This document shows positions 53,612 to 64,000 of a stretch of DNA of 64,000 bases, piece after piece. The DNA is taken from NCBI GenBank assembly GCA_965202585.1, contig OZ241831.1:41168001-41232000 (forward strand), written 5' to 3'. The DNA comes from Thalia democratica. Taxonomy: Eukaryota. The notes beneath the pieces are model-generated. The model was not told the origin of the DNA. It searched no databases and saw only the letters and a program-made list of their open reading frames with translations. Numbering within the stretch: the first letter of the stretch is position 1; every line of letters begins with the position of its first letter. Position numbers and translations under genes: made by a program.

Positions 53612-53808
53612 GTCATTATTACAAATACTATACAAAGATCAATCAACTTTAAACAAAATAGATAAGAAAGTGTGATGCTTGTCTACTTTTACTAAAAAAC
53701 GGCAGTCATTTTTGTAAAAAGAATTGTAAACAAAAAGCTATCCTTGAACTAATACAAGGCTTCTTTTAAATAAATGATCAATCAAGTCTTATATAGTTTG
53801 TAAAGATT
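53612..53808. repeat. Module M10 copy 3
   Basis: Same core. Confidence 0.85.
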
Positions 53809-54147
53809 GAGCATTTTAATACAATTTTCAATCGATGATTTTCTTTTTAGTCTACAGTAGCTAAAAGAAAAATTAAAAAAATCAAGGTTAACTTTAAGCT
53901 AACATTTTAAAACGTTGTCGTTAAACTGTTTATTTGGAAAGCTCAAAAAAAAATTTAAATTCCTAATTTTTTCATAAGATTTTGTTTAAAACTACGAACG
54001 AGCATTCGTCAAATTTTAATTTTAAACTAATCACAGCTATATTAACTGAAATCAAAATCAAAATACATAACTGTCAAAAGACTTAGAAGATAAAAAACCA
54101 AAAGTCATTAAAATAATGCAGTTCATTGTAAATATAATTAAAAAATT

Positions 54148-54288
54148 GGATAGACCAATGCCTACTTTTAGGATATTTACAAGAAACACAATAATAAATT
54201 ACAAACAATTAAGATGCCTGCCCCGTACTCAAGTACTTCCGAATGTTAACAATACTATTTATTTGATGATACAAAGGTTAAGTTTAAG
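54148..54288. repeat. Module M11 copy 3
   Basis: Same core at 54224-54240. Confidence 0.8.
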
Positions 54289-54470
54289 TCTTAACTTATA
54301 AAGTTTTTGATACATTTTATTAAGAAGTATTGTATAATTGAGTGCATATTTTTTTTAGCTTTGAAATAAAAATTAATTAAGTGTTACTATATTAAAAAAA
54401 AATTAAAATAAAGTTTAAAGTTTTAATTAACAAAAAAAAATCAAATTTATACACTATACTAAAGGGGGTA

Positions 54471-54886
54471 GCTGTCAAACTTGCATAAGCGTACAAAACT
54501 GCACGAGGGGACAAAATTACACGAGGGCACAAAGTTGCATGAAAATACTTTTGCACGAGGGGATTTTTTTGCACGGAGATATTTTTGTACAGGTTGAACT
54601 TTTTATTGATTTTAGTTTTCTTTTTACTATCACTGTTACCCCTAACCCTTACCCTCAGTCGGTAGCGTTTTTTTTTCTTTTTGTTTTTTTATTAGTTATT
54701 TGAGGTTATTTTAATTTTTCTTAAATATATTTTTTCTGTTTTTTTAACTCTCGTGCAAAAATGACCCTCCGTATAAAATTGTTACTCGTGCAAAATTGTC
54801 TTCGTGCAATCTTGTGCCTTCGTGCAATTTTGTCTTCGTGCAATTTGTTAACCTCGTGCAATTTTATCTTCGTGCAATTTTGACCC
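54471..54886. mobile_element. MITE/foldback-like non-autonomous DNA element with subterminal inverted repeat arrays
   Basis: Left arm has repeats of TGCACGAG, right arm has ~6 repeats of (C/T)TCGTGCAA; ends TGTCAAACTTGCA / TGCAATTTTGACC form an imperfect TIR; no ORF; target-site duplication not clear. Confidence 0.7.
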
Positions 54887-55417
54887 GTTTCAACTAAAAG
54901 GATACTAATTTTTCTGATAAAGTGTGACTAGATAAGAAAATATTATTGTTGAAACACAATAGAAAGTCTGTAAATATAGCACTCGATAATAAGCTGCCAA
55001 CTCAAACAGAAAAATTTATGATTTTAGCGAGGACAAGCTTTGTTCACTTATTTGCAAACGAAGAGATATTCTAAAAGAAAAAATACAACAAAATAGCTTT
55101 TTTTTTCACGCTTTTATTCTTTTAGGATATTAGTATGTTAGAGTTTTATTTTGTTGTTAAATATTTATAGGACTGAAATTACATTTTTGGTAGACATTGT
55201 TAGAAAACTAGTTTAATATTTTAAATGATTAAGTTTCTTACGTAATCAACTTGGTTAAAAAAAACACTTTAAACTAATACTAACCAAACATACATTTATA
55301 CGTAGCTATAACAATGTGAGTGCAATAAGCATTAATCAAGTTTAAAACTAAGTACTTGTTGGAAAATAAATATCTTTGCTAAATTGTTTTTAATATTTTT
55401 TCAGTGTTTTTTACAAA

Positions 55418-55840
55418 GATGACACTATTAAACTAATTATCATGTTTTGTAAAACAAAGCTATTTGCTAACAAAGATGTTCTGTCATCAGTTGTTGATTT
55501 TGACAGTTCAAAATTTTATATCGATTTTTTTAATCTTATTTTTTGTAGTATATTAACTTTAAAAAACGTTTATTATTAGTAAGAATAGTAATACGAGTAT
55601 ATACACTAAAACTTAAACAGATTTAGAGAACAACTCATAAATTAAACTAACCATAAAACAAAAATGATTTTTTTTTATGGTTTTTAATAGAAATAGAATG
55701 TTTATAATGAACTGTTGTTAAGTTTCAAGTCTTCACTTTACGCAAATTGAACGCGTCATTTTCAGCAGTTCGTGTTTTTTACGCAAATTAAAATTCTTCT
55801 TTTTTTGTGTTTTTTAAGCTTGGTTAAAGATGCTCTCAAC
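55418..55840 (+). repeat. Forward copy of modules M8+M9
   Basis: TGTTGATTTTGACAGTTCAAAA..CAAATTGAACGCGTCA..GGTTAAAGATGCTCTC. Confidence 0.75.
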
Positions 55841-56245
55841 AATTGTTAGCTAGTTTATAACAACATACATTTTCATTTGTTTTAACAAAAACAGGTCTTA
55901 ATAAACTCTTTAACATTTCTGTTTTTAAGATAGTGTTCAAAAAATGCTGTATGCAATTAAAATTTTTAATTAAAAATAGGGTTTGTTTAATTTAGATAGA
56001 AACTTAGTTTTTACCACAGATTTGGTATTATATACTTTATAAATATTTACACGTTAAGATATTAACTCAAGGCGACAAAGCAAAAATTCAAAATATTATT
56101 TTAATAAGTGTTAGCCGAAGTATAGATTAAATGTTTAAGAAAAAAGACACGTAAATATTGTTTTACTATGCAAGAGAAAAAAAAGTTGTAAACATTTACA
56201 CCTAAGTGATTTATTTGAAACAAAAATCAAAGAAACAAAACACAT

Positions 56246-56489
56246 TTTACCACGGTCATTATTACAAATATTAGTTAAAGATCAATCAATTTCTCAATAT
56301 AAAAGATTAGAAGTCGTGATGCTTGTCTACTTTTACTAACAAACGGCAGTCACTTTTCTACAAAGAATTGTAAACAAAAAACTATCCTTGAACTAATATA
56401 AGACTTCTTTTAAATAAATGATCAATCAAGTCTTATATTCATTGTAAAGATAGAACTGTTTGTTTTCCAAGGTCAAACGTAAGCTAACT
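56246..56489. repeat. Module M10 copy 4
   Basis: Same core. Confidence 0.85.
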
Positions 56490-58567
56490 TAAACATGATA
56501 AGTAGCTAAAAAAAGAAAGTTTAACTCCATAAACTTAAGGATTATTTTCTTAGTAAAAAATGTATTTGAAAAACTTGACAAGTTTCTTAAAAGTTTTCCC
56601 CATTATTTTCTCCTTTGAAAATTTTAAAAACTACTGAAAGTTCGTAATTTCGAAATATTTCAAATGATTAATTTCAAATCTGTTTAAATGTAGTTTTTTC
56701 TAACAAGTTTTTTTGTATATTAAACATAAACAACAAACATTGTTAATAAATTTATTGTTGTTTTATCTTAAATTTTCTTAGGTATAGACAGTCAAAATAA
56801 TGAAAAAACTGATAAAATCGAAGAACTATAAACTCTTAAACTAGTAAATAATTTAAAGAATCTAATTAATTAAAACTGAATGTTTAGCCAAGTTTTAGCC
56901 AACAAACAGTGCATGCTTGAAATATGTTTGTCGACAGTAAAAAGCTCTTACATTTATTTTGCTTGATGTTTTTGACAAGTTTAAAGTTTTAATTCTCAAC
57001 AGATATGCTTAAACTAAAAAAATTGTTTGATCTATGGTTATCATGAAAAGTACTTGTCAATAAGAACAAAAAGTAAAGTATAAAAAACATGAAGTTATAT
57101 AAACTCTATTATTATTCATTAAGTTAAAGTCTTTTATGTAAACGAAAACTATTGTATTAAAGTTCAATAATAATGTAAAAATATTGTATTTTAGTAAAGA
57201 AGTCAAAAAGGAATTTAGAGATCACACCTAAAAAACGAATATTAATATACTTTAGAAAAACTGTCGAGATACGACCGAGCTTTGTACAAAACATATTTTA
57301 AAGTTTTGTTAAACTTCCAGTAAAATTAAACTGTTTACTATGTTAAAACTAAACAAGGTATATTATTTATTTTACATAAATCTAACTCGGTTCTGAGTTT
57401 AAATTGGCTAAACTACCGTTTTTTACTTGAAGTTTATGCGGAAAAATTTGCTTATTTAACTTAAAGTTATTTACAATTATTAATATTTTTAAGTTTTTTT
57501 GAAGAAGTTTTATTACATAATAATATCGTTAGAAACTTTTTAAATTGTATTTTTAAACTGTATAAACTTTAAAAACTCAAAACAGTGTTTTCAATAAAAA
57601 AAAAATTAAACAGGCTGAAGAAGAAGTTATTGTTTTATCAAAGCAACATATAGATATATTTTAAAAACGGTCATAATGTGTATAAAATAACATTTATCAT
57701 TAATACTTAAAGCTTGTTATTAACAACTAAAATAAAAATACTACAACAGTTGCATTGCAAGAAAAAAGAAATGTCTTGAAAAACATTTTAACAATGATTC
57801 AACTTATATAAAAGCCGTTTAAAAAAAATAACATGAAAAATGTGTATATTTAAAATATTTTTATTATTTTTTTGTGACAAAGGAGTAATCAAAAACAGTT
57901 GCATTATAATAATTAACCGAAATAATAAAACTCTTATTATAGTTGAAAACTTTTAAAATAAACTAAATTAAGATTCTATAAATGTTATATTGCAGAAAAA
58001 TTAAATAAATTTAAGTGCAACAAAACTATGAGACATGTATGAAAAAATATTGCAATGTTGCGATAAATATGTACGTAATTATTTGATCCAATATATAGTT
58101 AAAAAACTACTTATAAGTATATTTCCAACGTCTTTTGTTATTTATTTTTTTATAGTGTTAACAAAACAAGTTTCTTAAACATTTGTTTCTTAAACAAGCG
58201 TGTAAATAATTTCAAAAACATGTCGTTTTTAGATAACGAAAGTAGTCATACTTTTACAATTAAAATTGCAATTTAAAAATGTTGTAGTACAACTTTTATA
58301 TTTTAATTTTTGAATTGCTTAATGCTTATTGTAATTTAATTTAATATCTAGTGTATAAAACATTTTAACAATATACTGAGCAAATAAGCTTGATAGTAAA
58401 CAAATATAGGTTTATATATGATAAAAAGCTTTGACGTTGGAAATTCTAAAAATAAATAAACTGTAATATTTTGTTGATATTTTTTTATAAAACAATAGAA
58501 ATATTTGTCGTAAAGCTAATGACTTGAAGAATTTGTTATACTTTAGAATTATTTATAACACATTAAG

Positions 58568-63920
<5,353 letters not shown>

Positions 63921-63978
63921 TTTACAGTGTTTTGATTAACTTTTACAGATGAATCAGTAGTTTAAAATCTACCATTTT

Positions 63979-63986
63979 TATTTATA
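63979..63986 (-). promoter_or_regulatory. Candidate TATA box of copy D (TATAAATA)
   Basis: Lies 59-66 nt upstream of the ATG; conserved with copy B. Confidence 0.4.
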
Positions 63987-64000
63987 ACTAACCAAACCTT

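Noticed and set aside
54630-54660. CCCTAACCCT as interstitial telomere
   Set aside because: Fewer than two full units and embedded in the MITE-like core in both copies.
54765-54886. Short regularly spaced repeats resembling a CRISPR array
   Set aside because: Units of about 16-18 bp with no unique spacers, mirrored by an inverted arm; eukaryotic context and no cas genes.

Overview
Very AT-rich, intron-containing animal DNA. The composition would fit Hydra or another hydrozoan, but the species cannot be confirmed from sequence. The window is a head-to-tail tandem array of four minus-strand paralogues (A-D) of an EVI1/MECOM-PRDM16-Hamlet-EGL-43 type C2H2 zinc-finger transcription factor. Manual splicing gives a 7-exon gene: about 100 nt, a 12-nt microexon, 79, 208, 163, about 1.4 kb and 114 nt. 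It encodes about 690 aa with EVI1 fingers 4-7 and 8-10, but no PR/SET domain and no fingers 1-3. Copy D (58568-63920) is intact. Copy B (14735-20531) has an open frame but a His-to-Tyr change at a zinc ligand of finger 5. Copy C (31785-37724) carries three lesions and is a probable pseudogene. Copy A is only partly in the window and its first exon is decayed. The copies alternate in type (A resembles C, B resembles D). The spacers are mosaics of 70-500 bp conserved non-coding modules that are duplicated, shuffled and sometimes inverted, plus two MITE-like elements. Most notable: the 12-nt microexon kept in all copies, a GC/CpG-rich exon that is 95-99% identical across otherwise diverged copies, and intronic elements with plus-strand splice signals that hint at a spliced antisense transcript. 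All counts were made by hand, and EVI1 comparisons rely on recalled family sequences rather than database searches.
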